A stretch of DNA of 64,000 nucleotides from Eledone cirrhosa (Eukaryota), in contig OZ024742.1 of assembly GCA_964016885.1 (NCBI GenBank), positions 90,458,001 to 90,522,000 of the forward strand, read 5' to 3'. This document shows positions 11,701 to 21,720 of this stretch, in pieces (position 1 is the first letter of the stretch; the number at the start of each line of letters is the position of its first letter). Both the position numbers and the translations under genes were made by a program. The notes under the pieces were generated by a model, which did no database searches, was not told the origin of the DNA, and saw only the letters and a program-made list of their open reading frames with translations.

Positions 11701-12385
11701 CCTCATAGAACTGGACATGAAAGGAATTTGCCCACTATACAGGAGCAAATCATGGAATAGCTTAGATAGGGCTAGACATAAGATAGGGAAGGCCACATCA
11801 TGGTACGACAACCAGAGATATCAGAGTGTCATGTTTGTGGACGCCACCCCTGGAGGGAAATTAGCTAACCAGTGTAGAAAGGCCCTGAGAAAGACCCACT
11901 TAAAAATAAAGGTGGTAGAAAAGCCAGGAACCACCATAAAATCCCTGATCAGCAAAACCTACCCTTTTAAGAAAACCCACTGTACCAATAGGAAATGTAT
12001 CATATGTAAGGTGAACCCCCGGATAAACTGTAAAACTAGAAACGTAGTCTATAGCATAAGATGTACAGAGGGTACTTGCAGAAACACGACAACAACATAC
12101 ATAGGTGAGACAGTTCGTAGCATAGGTGAAAGGATAGACCAACACTGGGGGGAACTAAAAGGACGAAAAAACGGGTCAGTACTATACGAACATGCTAGAC
12201 AACATCATGACGGTAACATAGACAACATAGAAATTAGAATAATATCTAAACATAGGAATGACCCAGCAGATAGGCAAATCAGAGAGGCCAGTGAAATAGA
12301 AATTAGAAGACCAAAGCTAAACAGAAAGAATGAGTGGAACAACAACAACACCCAAACAAACAACACTGACCTAAGAGAAGTATAA
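8756..12385 (+). CDS. PLE polyprotein, 1209 aa: N-terminal domain with Asn-rich insert, reverse transcriptase, Cys-rich linker, C-terminal GIY-YIG endonuclease
   Basis: Motifs TDKSG, PPLYGLRKDHK, RPV, SMDVVSLYPSI, YTQNEGAAIG, RYVDD, LPVLD; linker CTNRKCIIC; endonuclease NVVYSIRC..YIGET.RS..ER..QH..E..I..P.LN. The ORF is uninterrupted. Confidence 0.95.
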   Translation: MTLPKYNNICFDTRFHIKNLAKLIHRRYGISLCQAERLLKDTVFCYIKTTITTEQIRFLKHCVSSKTYTTNISKQVNNLLLNKTQAERLKHTITVNMKRTTYTKVNALYRQKRINGKEIRNLITANERDDFMSVIRRETKYAQNECCRHFKKKLEWMNKKKLQERKIEYSQKYPDNIDNIRMSDVKLPEEFTNDHTVNIYGNTLISEQEQQILKLPPKFAIYKKINPMECKTELEKCFTKIRWNAKVNNNNNNNGSSNINNNSGYRNNSHNHNNGRKVRNSDNGNNTSDRQNNNNHNNNNNRNVNHRHSNSDHSSNNGNNTNNNNNNNHSGNNGNSTCSNINKNKKHNNSNNHNGRNSSNNNNNGEVNNNTSSNHNNNNINAKDRNNNNHHDNNNSNTHNYDDRNNDNPLEKLFFNPADKTYKMGNIYPTRLPFNKRVCIPQQIDDETEAQFTIARNKIRQVVDRYTMRQSRPEAQQLGIKPVEGLVSLKQRTRDGEVVCLPTDKSGRMSIDSMPNYIEAMQPHITNTSEVAQLTHDGREKILNAHMMMWTDILKPSRRTANNFQASNNGIPPLYGLRKDHKTVDDPTIGPPTRPVCGANIASNYRISYFLSMVIRPIIKMSPDVCESTEDLLSRISECNKNRSLSNCIIGSMDVVSLYPSINIDFAVKRCVEMIIESEVEFCDVDTDELGLLLRLTYDTDYLDSHDLRCFCPSRPIRGRPPTITSMAKKTPIGRWIGWTKAIRTPQNTDQVRKMVAHAIGASIKTTLKGHIFKFNEKIYTQNEGAAIGVSIAGDVANLFMVWWERRLKDLLNESSIDLIMYSRYVDDINIVIRTPPLESTNKFDLERSTMESIQQIANSIHQSITVTIDFPSKHPNNRLPVLDTELWINTIDERAQILHSHYAKPMASKYLILKNSAMSSSAKFNILIADLVRVMKNVSSMCDPTEMEGHIQHFINRMQFSGYNQRDRVRVYEGAMEKYKTLIELDMKGICPLYRSKSWNSLDRARHKIGKATSWYDNQRYQSVMFVDATPGGKLANQCRKALRKTHLKIKVVEKPGTTIKSLISKTYPFKKTHCTNRKCIICKVNPRINCKTRNVVYSIRCTEGTCRNTTTTYIGETVRSIGERIDQHWGELKGRKNGSVLYEHARQHHDGNIDNIEIRIISKHRNDPADRQIREASEIEIRRPKLNRKNEWNNNNTQTNNTDLREV

Positions 12386-12648
12386 ATAAATAAGTAAATT
12401 AAATTAAATAAAATAAGATAAATAAATACATACACAAGCACATAAACACACACTAGTCACCCAGCAGACACAACACTATACACACTAGTCACACATCACA
12501 CATAACACTATACACACACGCAAACGCATGCGCAAAGAAGACAAAATAAAATAAGATAAACAAACAAGCAAATAAATAAATAAATATATAGACAGACTGA
12601 ACAAAAAAATGGCGTAGACATACAACACAACAGGAGGAACAATGAATA

Positions 12649-12694
12649 TAACACCACTGACGATGTTGCAGATGTGCAACGAAAGATTTATGTA
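12649..12694 (+). ncRNA. Hammerhead-like motif (second pLTR)
   Basis: Same sequence as 8525-8570, offset +4124. Confidence 0.65.
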
Positions 12695-12879
12695 AACTAT
12701 ATATATATGTGTTTGTCTATATTGTATCTGTATTATTTTTGACCGCCGGTCAGTCAATGGCAACATTGAGGACCGAGTAAGTTAGATCGCAGATATATAT
12801 ATATAAAAGACAGCGAGAAGCGAAAACCAACCAAACAGTGAGTGTGTTCTGTTATTAATTCTGGCAATATTACGCAAAT

Positions 12880-15800
12880 ATGACCCTCCCCAAATATAAC
12901 AATATCTGTTTCGACACACGATTTCATATAAAAAACCTCGCAAAACTAATTCATCGCCGCTATGGCATTAGCTTGTGCCAAGCTGAAAGGTTATTGAAAG
13001 ACACTGTTTTCTGTTATATAAAAACTACAATAACAACAGAACAAATCCGCTTCTTAAAACACTGTGTTTCCTCCAAAACATACACAACAAACATATCAAA
13101 ACAAGTAAATAATTTATTATTGAACAAAACACAAGCTGAACGGCTAAAACACACAATAACAGTTAATATGAAAAGAACAACATACACAAAAGTCAACGCA
13201 CTCTACAGACAAAAACGCATCAACGGTAAGGAAATCCGAAATCTCATCACAGCAAACGAGAGAGATGACTTCATGAGCGTCATCCGACGCGAAACGAAAT
13301 ATGCTCAAAACGAATGCTGTAGGCATTTCAAGAAGAAATTAGAATGGATGAATAAGAAAAAACTACAAGAAAGGAAAATCGAATATTCTCAAAAATACCC
13401 AGATAACATCGACAACATCCGTATGAGTGATGTAAAACTACCGGAAGAATTTACCAATGACCACACAGTAAATATCTATGGGAACACTTTAATCAGTGAA
13501 CAAGAACAACAAATCCTAAAGTTACCACCAAAATTTGCCATCTACAAAAAGATTAATCCTATGGAATGCAAAACGGAGCTGGAAAAGTGTTTCACAAAAA
13601 TACGTTGGAATGCAAAGGTAAACAACAACAACAATAATAACGGTAGTAGTAATATAAACAATAACTCTGGGTATAGAAATAACAGCCATAACCATAACAA
13701 TGGCAGGAAAGTGAGAAATAGTGATAATGGTAATAATACTAGCGATAGACAGAACAACAACAACCACAATAATAATAATAATAGAAACGTTAACCACAGA
13801 CACAGCAACAGTGACCACAGTAGTAATAACGGTAACAATACGAACAACAACAACAACAATAACCACAGTGGTAATAATGGAAATAGTACATGTAGCAACA
13901 TCAACAAAAACAAGAAACATAATAATAGTAACAACCACAATGGTAGAAATAGCAGTAACAACAACAATAACGGTGAAGTAAACAACAATACATCTAGCAA
14001 TCATAACAATAATAATATTAATGCTAAGGATAGAAACAACAACAACCACCATGATAACAATAATAGCAACACACACAACTATGACGATAGAAATAACGAC
14101 AACCCCTTAGAGAAACTATTTTTCAACCCAGCTGACAAAACATATAAGATGGGTAATATCTATCCTACGAGGTTACCCTTTAATAAAAGAGTTTGCATAC
14201 CACAACAAATAGATGACGAGACGGAGGCACAGTTCACCATAGCTAGAAATAAGATTAGACAAGTAGTAGACAGGTACACTATGAGACAGAGCAGACCAGA
14301 GGCCCAACAACTTGGGATAAAACCTGTAGAAGGCTTGGTTAGCCTCAAGCAGCGCACAAGGGATGGTGAGGTAGTGTGTCTACCCACAGATAAGTCTGGT
14401 AGGATGTCAATAGATAGCATGCCGAACTACATCGAGGCAATGCAACCCCACATCACCAACACGAGCGAAGTTGCACAACTAACACACGATGGGAGAGAAA
14501 AAATCCTCAACGCTCACATGATGATGTGGACTGACATCCTAAAGCCAAGCAGACGCACTGCCAACAACTTCCAGGCGTCTAACAATGGCATACCACCCTT
14601 GTATGGGCTCCGCAAAGACCACAAGACAGTCGACGACCCGACAATAGGACCACCAACAAGACCTGTATGCGGAGCTAATATAGCTAGCAACTACAGGATC
14701 TCCTACTTCCTCTCAATGGTTATACGCCCCATAATCAAGATGTCCCCAGATGTATGTGAAAGTACAGAGGACCTCCTCAGCAGAATCAGTGAGTGCAACA
14801 AAAACAGGAGCCTATCCAACTGCATAATAGGCAGCATGGATGTGGTGTCACTGTACCCATCCATTAACATTGATTTTGCTGTGAAAAGATGTGTGGAGAT
14901 GATCATTGAGAGTGAGGTGGAGTTCTGCGACGTCGACACAGACGAACTGGGCCTCCTACTTAGACTTACCTACGACACTGACTACCTAGACAGCCATGAC
15001 CTTAGATGTTTCTGCCCTAGTAGACCTATAAGAGGTAGACCCCCCACCATAACCTCAATGGCTAAAAAGACTCCCATAGGAAGGTGGATTGGGTGGACCA
15101 AAGCTATACGGACCCCCCAAAACACTGATCAGGTAAGAAAAATGGTCGCACATGCAATAGGGGCTAGTATCAAAACTACCCTAAAGGGCCACATATTTAA
15201 GTTCAATGAGAAAATCTACACCCAAAATGAGGGAGCAGCCATCGGCGTCAGCATAGCTGGCGATGTTGCCAACCTTTTCATGGTATGGTGGGAAAGGAGA
15301 CTTAAAGATCTCCTTAATGAAAGCTCCATAGACCTCATCATGTACTCTCGTTATGTAGACGATATCAATATAGTTATAAGAACACCCCCACTAGAGAGCA
15401 CTAACAAGTTTGATTTAGAACGTAGCACGATGGAAAGCATCCAGCAGATAGCTAATTCCATACACCAGAGTATAACTGTAACTATAGACTTCCCTTCCAA
15501 ACACCCTAACAATAGACTACCTGTATTAGACACAGAACTCTGGATTAACACTATAGACGAGAGAGCCCAAATTCTCCACTCACACTATGCTAAACCCATG
15601 GCCTCCAAATACCTGATACTCAAAAACTCAGCAATGTCCAGTAGTGCTAAGTTTAATATTCTGATCGCAGATTTGGTACGAGTGATGAAGAATGTGTCCA
15701 GCATGTGCGACCCAACAGAAATGGAAGGACACATCCAACACTTCATCAACCGCATGCAGTTCTCTGGCTACAACCAAAGAGACAGAGTCAGAGTATACGA

Positions 15801-16509
15801 AGGAGCCATGGAAAAGTATAAGACCCTCATAGAACTGGACATGAAAGGAATTTGCCCACTATACAGGAGCAAATCATGGAATAGCTTAGATAGGGCTAGA
15901 CATAAGATAGGGAAGGCCACATCATGGTACGACAACCAGAGATATCAGAGTGTCATGTTTGTGGACGCCACCCCTGGAGGGAAATTAGCTAACCAGTGTA
16001 GAAAGGCCCTGAGAAAGACCCACTTAAAAATAAAGGTGGTAGAAAAGCCAGGAACCACCATAAAATCCCTGATCAGCAAAACCTACCCTTTTAAGAAAAC
16101 CCACTGTACCAATAGGAAATGTATCATATGTAAGGTGAACCCCCGGATAAACTGTAAAACTAGAAACGTAGTCTATAGCATAAGATGTACAGAGGGTACT
16201 TGCAGAAACACGACAACAACATACATAGGTGAGACAGTTCGTAGCATAGGTGAAAGGATAGACCAACACTGGGGGGAACTAAAAGGACGAAAAAACGGGT
16301 CAGTACTATACGAACATGCTAGACAACATCATGACGGTAACATAGACAACATAGAAATTAGAATAATATCTAAACATAGGAATGACCCAGCAGATAGGCA
16401 AATCAGAGAGGCCAGTGAAATAGAAATTAGAAGACCAAAGCTAAACAGAAAGAATGAGTGGAACAACAACAACACCCAAACAAACAACACTGACCTAAGA
16501 GAAGTATAA
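12880..16509 (+). CDS. PLE polyprotein, 1209 aa (second intact copy)
   Basis: Translation is the same as 8756..12385, offset by exactly 4124 bp. Confidence 0.95.
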   Translation: MTLPKYNNICFDTRFHIKNLAKLIHRRYGISLCQAERLLKDTVFCYIKTTITTEQIRFLKHCVSSKTYTTNISKQVNNLLLNKTQAERLKHTITVNMKRTTYTKVNALYRQKRINGKEIRNLITANERDDFMSVIRRETKYAQNECCRHFKKKLEWMNKKKLQERKIEYSQKYPDNIDNIRMSDVKLPEEFTNDHTVNIYGNTLISEQEQQILKLPPKFAIYKKINPMECKTELEKCFTKIRWNAKVNNNNNNNGSSNINNNSGYRNNSHNHNNGRKVRNSDNGNNTSDRQNNNNHNNNNNRNVNHRHSNSDHSSNNGNNTNNNNNNNHSGNNGNSTCSNINKNKKHNNSNNHNGRNSSNNNNNGEVNNNTSSNHNNNNINAKDRNNNNHHDNNNSNTHNYDDRNNDNPLEKLFFNPADKTYKMGNIYPTRLPFNKRVCIPQQIDDETEAQFTIARNKIRQVVDRYTMRQSRPEAQQLGIKPVEGLVSLKQRTRDGEVVCLPTDKSGRMSIDSMPNYIEAMQPHITNTSEVAQLTHDGREKILNAHMMMWTDILKPSRRTANNFQASNNGIPPLYGLRKDHKTVDDPTIGPPTRPVCGANIASNYRISYFLSMVIRPIIKMSPDVCESTEDLLSRISECNKNRSLSNCIIGSMDVVSLYPSINIDFAVKRCVEMIIESEVEFCDVDTDELGLLLRLTYDTDYLDSHDLRCFCPSRPIRGRPPTITSMAKKTPIGRWIGWTKAIRTPQNTDQVRKMVAHAIGASIKTTLKGHIFKFNEKIYTQNEGAAIGVSIAGDVANLFMVWWERRLKDLLNESSIDLIMYSRYVDDINIVIRTPPLESTNKFDLERSTMESIQQIANSIHQSITVTIDFPSKHPNNRLPVLDTELWINTIDERAQILHSHYAKPMASKYLILKNSAMSSSAKFNILIADLVRVMKNVSSMCDPTEMEGHIQHFINRMQFSGYNQRDRVRVYEGAMEKYKTLIELDMKGICPLYRSKSWNSLDRARHKIGKATSWYDNQRYQSVMFVDATPGGKLANQCRKALRKTHLKIKVVEKPGTTIKSLISKTYPFKKTHCTNRKCIICKVNPRINCKTRNVVYSIRCTEGTCRNTTTTYIGETVRSIGERIDQHWGELKGRKNGSVLYEHARQHHDGNIDNIEIRIISKHRNDPADRQIREASEIEIRRPKLNRKNEWNNNNTQTNNTDLREV

Positions 16510-16772
16510 ATAAATAAGTAAATTAAATTAAATAAAATAAGATAAATAAATACATACACAAGCACATAAACACACACTAGTCACCCAGCAGACACAACAC
16601 TATACACACTAGTCACACATCACACATAACACTATACACACACGCAAACGCATGCGCAAAGAAGACAAAATAAAATAAGATAAACAAACAAGCAAATAAA
16701 TAAATAAATATATAGACAGACTGAACAAAAAAATGGCGTAGACATACAACACAACAGGAGGAACAATGAATA

Positions 16773-16818
16773 TAACACCACTGACGATGTTGCAGATGTG
16801 CAACGAAAGATTTATGTA
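16773..16818 (+). ncRNA. Hammerhead-like motif (terminal pLTR)
   Basis: Same sequence as 8525-8570, offset +8248. Confidence 0.65.
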
Positions 16819-17067
16819 AACTATATATATATGTGTTTGTCTATATTGTATCTGTATTATTTTTGACCGCCGGTCAGTCAATGGCAACATTGAGGACCGA
16901 GTAAGTTAGATCGCAGATATATATATATAAAAGACAGCGAGAAGCGAAAACCAACCAAACAGTGAGTGTGTTCTGTTATTAATTCTGGCAATATTACGCA
17001 AATATGACCCTCCCCAAATATAACAATATCTGTTTCGACACACGATTTCATATAAAAAACCTCGCAA

Positions 17068-17111
<44 letters not shown>

Positions 17112-17114
<3 letters not shown>

Positions 17115-17585
17115 GGCTGCAACTCGATTTCGAGTAATGCTATCGCTTGATACTTAAGATGTTAGATATCAAGCGATGCCTGCGCTGGAAGCTTTTTTAA
17201 GCGAGGGTAGGCTTTGCACGGAGCCAATCCCAGTCTCTGAACACTAAATGTATTTACCCCAAAAGTAGAACTGGTCTACCCCATTAGATGCAAAAGAAGT
17301 CGCAGGTTTTACATCAGAGTAACTTCTTCTAAAGAGATGTCTTAATGAAGACTAGGGATCTCTCATTCCACTGCCTCTTATAAAAAAAACAAGATAAATA
17401 TATAAAGAATAAAAAAAATAAAAAATAGTGGTTGGTCGCTGACTCTCCTGATTTCCTCCGCCCTTTGACAAGTTTTGTTTTTCATCCCACAGGGTGTCCA
17501 AAATCACACTCTTCACCAAGCAACCTTGGTGGTGTTGCCAGTTCAGTCGCCAGCGACCCGATCATGCACAGGTTGTACTGTGTTG
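17112..17585 (-). mobile_element. Bipartite RTE-derived non-autonomous element (minus strand, diverged)
   Basis: Reverse-complement homology to 18988-19600 (cagtacaacctgt..ggtcg..ggcgact.aactggcaac.ccaccaagg) and to the ..gagttgcagccat 3' end. Confidence 0.6.
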
Positions 17586-17747
17586 CTGAAGAGCGAGCTG
17601 ACATAAATATATATAGATATATGTATGTGTGTGTGTTTGTTCTTCTGGTTTTATGTTATAAATGTTATAAATTCTCATCAATGGAGAGTCGATTTCTAAT
17701 ATAGAAACAAGACTATTTTATTGGTATTTAGACATCAACTACTAGGT

Positions 17748-17795
<48 letters not shown>

Positions 17796-17959
17796 GCTTG
17801 TTATTGTATGCGTGGAACAATTATTTTTTAGTTATATATATATACATGCATATGTTTGTGTGTCTATTCTTATGTAAATGCAATTATTACATAGTGAATT
17901 TCTTAAATATTTTACCTATTTTCACAATTCTATTAATGGAATGTACTTGCAATTCCATA

Positions 17960-18002
17960 CTAGCCGTGTTTTTTCTGGTTCTGTGAAGCTCAGCTTCACG
18001 GG
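17960..18002 (-). mobile_element. Helitron-like 3' terminus
   Basis: Hairpin gtgaagct-c-agcttcac (17983-17999) followed on the minus strand by CTAG|T (17960-17963). Confidence 0.35.
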
Positions 18003-18987
18003 ATTTTTACTGAGATAGTTAGTAAGAGCACAAATAATCACATGTACAGGTCTAAAGGTAAGTTATCTAAAGGTAAGTTAGATTCCTCATTAGTTCAGCA
18101 TAAATGTTCCTTTGACTAATCTTTCGCATTATGTTGACATCTGCTGGCCACTACTATGCATGGCTTCCTTTCTCTGTCCCATATCACTACGTCTAGTCAG
18201 TTAGGTCTGCATTTTATTGGCGTTTTGCTTGGAAAATTCCACTAATAGTCTTTCATATTATGTTTATTTACTTATTCTCAGAGCTATCCTTTCTACAGAT
18301 TGCATTGTATCGTGTTTTGGCCACTACATCATACCTCATAGTTTGATGATATCGTGATGACATCGTTCAACAGCTACTTATGATGTGCGAGACAACCTTG
18401 ATGATTATTCTGCACAGTCTGCATCAGTTATCGCATATAGGTGTTTTGTCTGCACCCCCTAACCTTTTTGTGTGTCAGGTATTTCGTTGTCATTTCCTGA
18501 TCTTGGATTACAAAAGCATATCTTTCAAGATAGTTTACTTGGTTTTCCTATAGTACTCTCACTTTGAAGCATTCTGCCGACAAAGACATGAATGACGTTT
18601 TACTGATAAGCATGCAGCTTTCATTCATGGATTCGTTGCGGTATTGCTGTGCAATTTCTCAAGGAGCTCTTTTCCAAGTCGCATCATATTATCTTCCTCA
18701 TTCAGATAGACTTGTTCCATAAATGGGCTTCTACGCTTGTTGTTGGAATTATATGAGACGATTCACAAATGTTGTTTGTTAAGCTTTTGCATTTACGTTT
18801 CAAATAATTTTTCCTCATTTATCCTGGCCAAACTCAATTCTTATATCTTTTGAGAACGTCGTGACCAGGCCAAGATTTTATGTATGTATGTATGTATGTA
18901 TGTATGTATGTATGTATGTATGTATGTATGTATGTATGTATGTATGTATGTATGTATGTATGTATGTCAGGTATGTATGTATGTATG

Positions 18988-19672
18988 TCAGGTCACCAGT
19001 TGGTGCTACTGGTAACATGTATCCCAGTACAACCTGTCTCATGGTCGGGTCGTTGGCGACTAAACTGGCAACTCCACCAAGGTTTCTTGGTGAGGAGGGT
19101 GACTTTGGACATCCTGCAGGACTAAAAACAAAACCTGTCAAAGGGCAAAGGAGCTCTTAAGAGTCAATGGCCATCCAAAATCACCGGGAGAGATGACCCC
19201 TTAGCCTTTGTCAAGGCAGAATTCTAGGAGAAGGAAAACTCTGATATAACACCTGCAACCCTGATGGTATCCAATGATGTTGACTTGTTCTTCTTTTTGG
19301 TACATATCATCTTGTTTAAGAGAGTGGGACTGGCTTTGTGCAGTGCCTTTGCTCACTATAAAAGCTTCACGGCACAGGCATTGCTTTATATCTGGAGATC
19401 TCTCTGCACTTGTCGTCAGATGGTACCATGGGCCCAGCACTATGTGTCAATAATTGTCAAAAGTGTAGTGTTTGTACCAGAGTTTTCAAGTCGCTGGCTG
19501 GACTAAAAAGTCACACTCGTTCAGCGCATCCGTAGGGGTTCTCCTACATGGATATAAAGTAGTGGCCGTACTCGAAAACGAGTTGGCAGCCACCATGTAT
19601 GTATGTATGTATGTATGTATGTATGTATGTATGTATGTATGTATGTATGTATGTATGTATGTATGTATGTAT
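18988..19672 (+). mobile_element. Bipartite RTE-derived non-autonomous element in (TATG)n
   Basis: RTE-like 5'UTR, a remnant C2H2 codon run (CSVCTRVFKSLAGLKSHTRS) and the conserved 3' end, with (TATG)n on both sides. Confidence 0.6.
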
Positions 19673-19680
19673 GCATGCAT

Positions 19681-20345
19681 GTCAGCTCGCTCTCGAGTGC
19701 TACTAGTAACATGTAACCCAGTACATTTGTCTCATGGTCGGGTTGTCGGCGACTAAACCGGCAACAACCCGACCATGAGACAGGTTGTACTGGGTTATAT
19801 GTTACCAGTAGCACTCGAGAGCGACCTGACATACATACATACATACATACATACATAAGTCAGTGACTAAACCGGCAACTCCCACCAAGCTTTCTTGGTG
19901 AGGAGGGTGATATTTGGACACCCTGCGGGATGAACTACACAACCCGGCAAAGGGCGGAGGAACTCAACAGAGTCAACAGCCATCCAAATAGTACTTTTTT
20001 TTTATCTGGGAGTGAAATGCCCCCAGTTGTTGTCGCAACACCTTTCTAGGAGGGGGAAACTCTGAAAAAAAAACACCTGCGGCTTTGGAAGCATTCGATG
20101 ATGTTGACCAGTTCTCCTTTTCGGATAGTCTTTTCGATGCTCAGAGAGTGGGATTGATCGAGTGCCAGGCCTTTCCCTACTTAAAAAAACCTTCAAAGCA
20201 CAGGCATTGCTTGTTCAGGATATGTTACACGTTTGTGTGACTGGCCGTAGCCTAAAAGTGCTCCAAACTCTATAATTTGACAAGCGATTGCAGTATTCTT
20301 AGCAGAGTTTGCAGCCATCTTATAAGTATGTATGTATGCATGCGT
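19681..20345 (+). mobile_element. Another copy of the bipartite RTE-derived element, with an internal inverted duplication of its 5' end
   Basis: 19681-19746 is mirrored by 19764-19830 plus (CATA)n, and the element resumes at gactaaaccggcaac (~19865). Confidence 0.6.
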
Positions 20346-20383
20346 GTATGTATGTGTGTATGTATATATGTATGTATGCAAGT

Positions 20384-20652
20384 GAAGGCGCGTGGCTTTG
20401 TGGTTAGGGAATTCGGCTCACGATGGCAACGTCATGAGTTCGATTCCCAGCTGGCAAAAATGAGTCGTACCTCTAATTCGAAGGGTCAGTCTTGTCACAT
20501 TCTGTGTCATGCGGAATCTACCTGAGAACTACATTAAGGGTACGCGTGTTTGTTGAATGATCAGCCCCTTGCATGTTAATTTCACGAGCAGGCTGTTCCG
20601 TTGATCGGATCAACTGGAACACTCGTCGTCGTAACCGACAGAGTGCCTTCCA
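20384..20652 (+). mobile_element. tRNA-derived SINE
   Basis: A box tggctttgtgg and B box gttcgattcc, followed by a non-tRNA body ending gtcgtcgtaaccgacagagtgcc. Confidence 0.7.
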
Positions 20653-20659
20653 ACTACAT

Positions 20660-21720
20660 ATATTATGCATACATGCATACCTACATAAAACCATGACCTG
20701 GTTACGACGTTTTCAAAAGATGTAAGAATGGAGTTTGGCTCGGTCATATGATCCTATATGATTGTAAAGCGAGGAAAAACTACAAGCCAATCTAGCAACA
20801 TCTTTATCAATGGCCCGACTATTTCATTAACGAGTTCCTGATAACAGGAGTGAGGAGGCACTTCTTATTAGGAAGTCGGCAGATAGACTGCCAGTATACT
20901 TTATTCGTTGATCTAAAGTAAGATTCCATATCATCCGCAAAGTCCCTCTCCGCCTTAACCTTGAACGTCTTTACTGCTGAATTTTCTGTCGATCTTTCGC
21001 GCTTGTTTATATCTCGAGAGCAAGAATGATACCGTTTTTCGGAAGGACTCTTTAACCTTCTTATTGAACTAAGGATTTGTAATGGCACCCGGCGCCACAC
21101 AAAGCTGCTTTCCTCCGCACCATTTAACTGCTGAAGCAGAAACTATGTAGTTGAACAGTCTCAATTTGTTCAGGAAGTTCTCTGAATTTTAATGCAATAG
21201 AAGCTTCCGACCTTTTCATCAATCAGCGTTTTCTTCTTTGTCCTGTACGCCGAGCTGGGTCAGCCAGTTTTATGGGGTTTCTTTACTTTAGATAGTCTCA
21301 GGCTGCAGATGACTAGATGGTGATCAGTTGGTAGCTAAGCGGCTTTTTTAACACGAGCACAGTGTCGAAAATATTAGACAATTTTAAAAAAATCAGTTAC
21401 TCACATTATTACTTTATACCATGTATACTTATGGTTATCTTTGTGTTGGAAAAAAGTTTTCATAATAAAGAGCTCATTATTAGAACAGAGGTCTATTAAG
21501 GACTCTCCGTGCATCAAAGTCTCCCAGTAGGATATATGACTAGTCATAACTACATCTAAAACTGCAACGACTTGGTCACGAAAGGCTCTATATTTGGACT
21601 CTCGGTTCGGCGCATATACATGCATCATTCTCAGAAGCCCTTCGTTCAGCCAAAGTGAATCCTCCTTCCCAATGGGATCCTATATCATTGTTGGATACAT
21701 ACAATCGTGGTAGAGTGCTT
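20660..21720 (-). pseudogene. Decayed RTE-clade LINE (APE endonuclease region joined to a (TGTA)n-tailed 3' end)
   Basis: Minus strand encodes HVYAPN, LCSNNELFIMKTFFQHK..HKYTWY and a DHHLV-like motif. 20690-20745 matches the reverse complement of 18825-18880. Confidence 0.7.

Larger units (their letters stand above)
4758..17072 (+). mobile_element. Penelope-like element (endonuclease-containing PLE) composite insertion: inverted pLTR plus ~2.8 tandem 4124-bp units, inserted in (TA)n
   Basis: Period is 4124 bp (ORF starts at 8756, 12880, 17004). The first unit is 5'-truncated at 5500 (equivalent to 9624). 4758-5482 is the reverse complement of 16305-17029. (TA)n flanks both sides (4739-4760 and 17071-17111). 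Confidence 0.95.

Noticed and set aside
8756-12385. Selenoprotein or permuted-domain (Naiad/Chlamys-type) PLE
   Set aside because: There is no in-frame TGA, and the GIY-YIG domain is C-terminal.
4758-17029. ~725-bp terminal inverted repeats suggesting a DNA transposon or Polinton
   Set aside because: The inverted arm is simply the 3' end of the RT/GIY-YIG unit (a pLTR), the ends are asymmetric by 43 nt, and there is no transposase, integrase or polB.
20384-20450. tRNA gene
   Set aside because: A and B boxes are present but there is no intact cloverleaf, and the sequence continues into a SINE body. The same applies to the other SINE heads.
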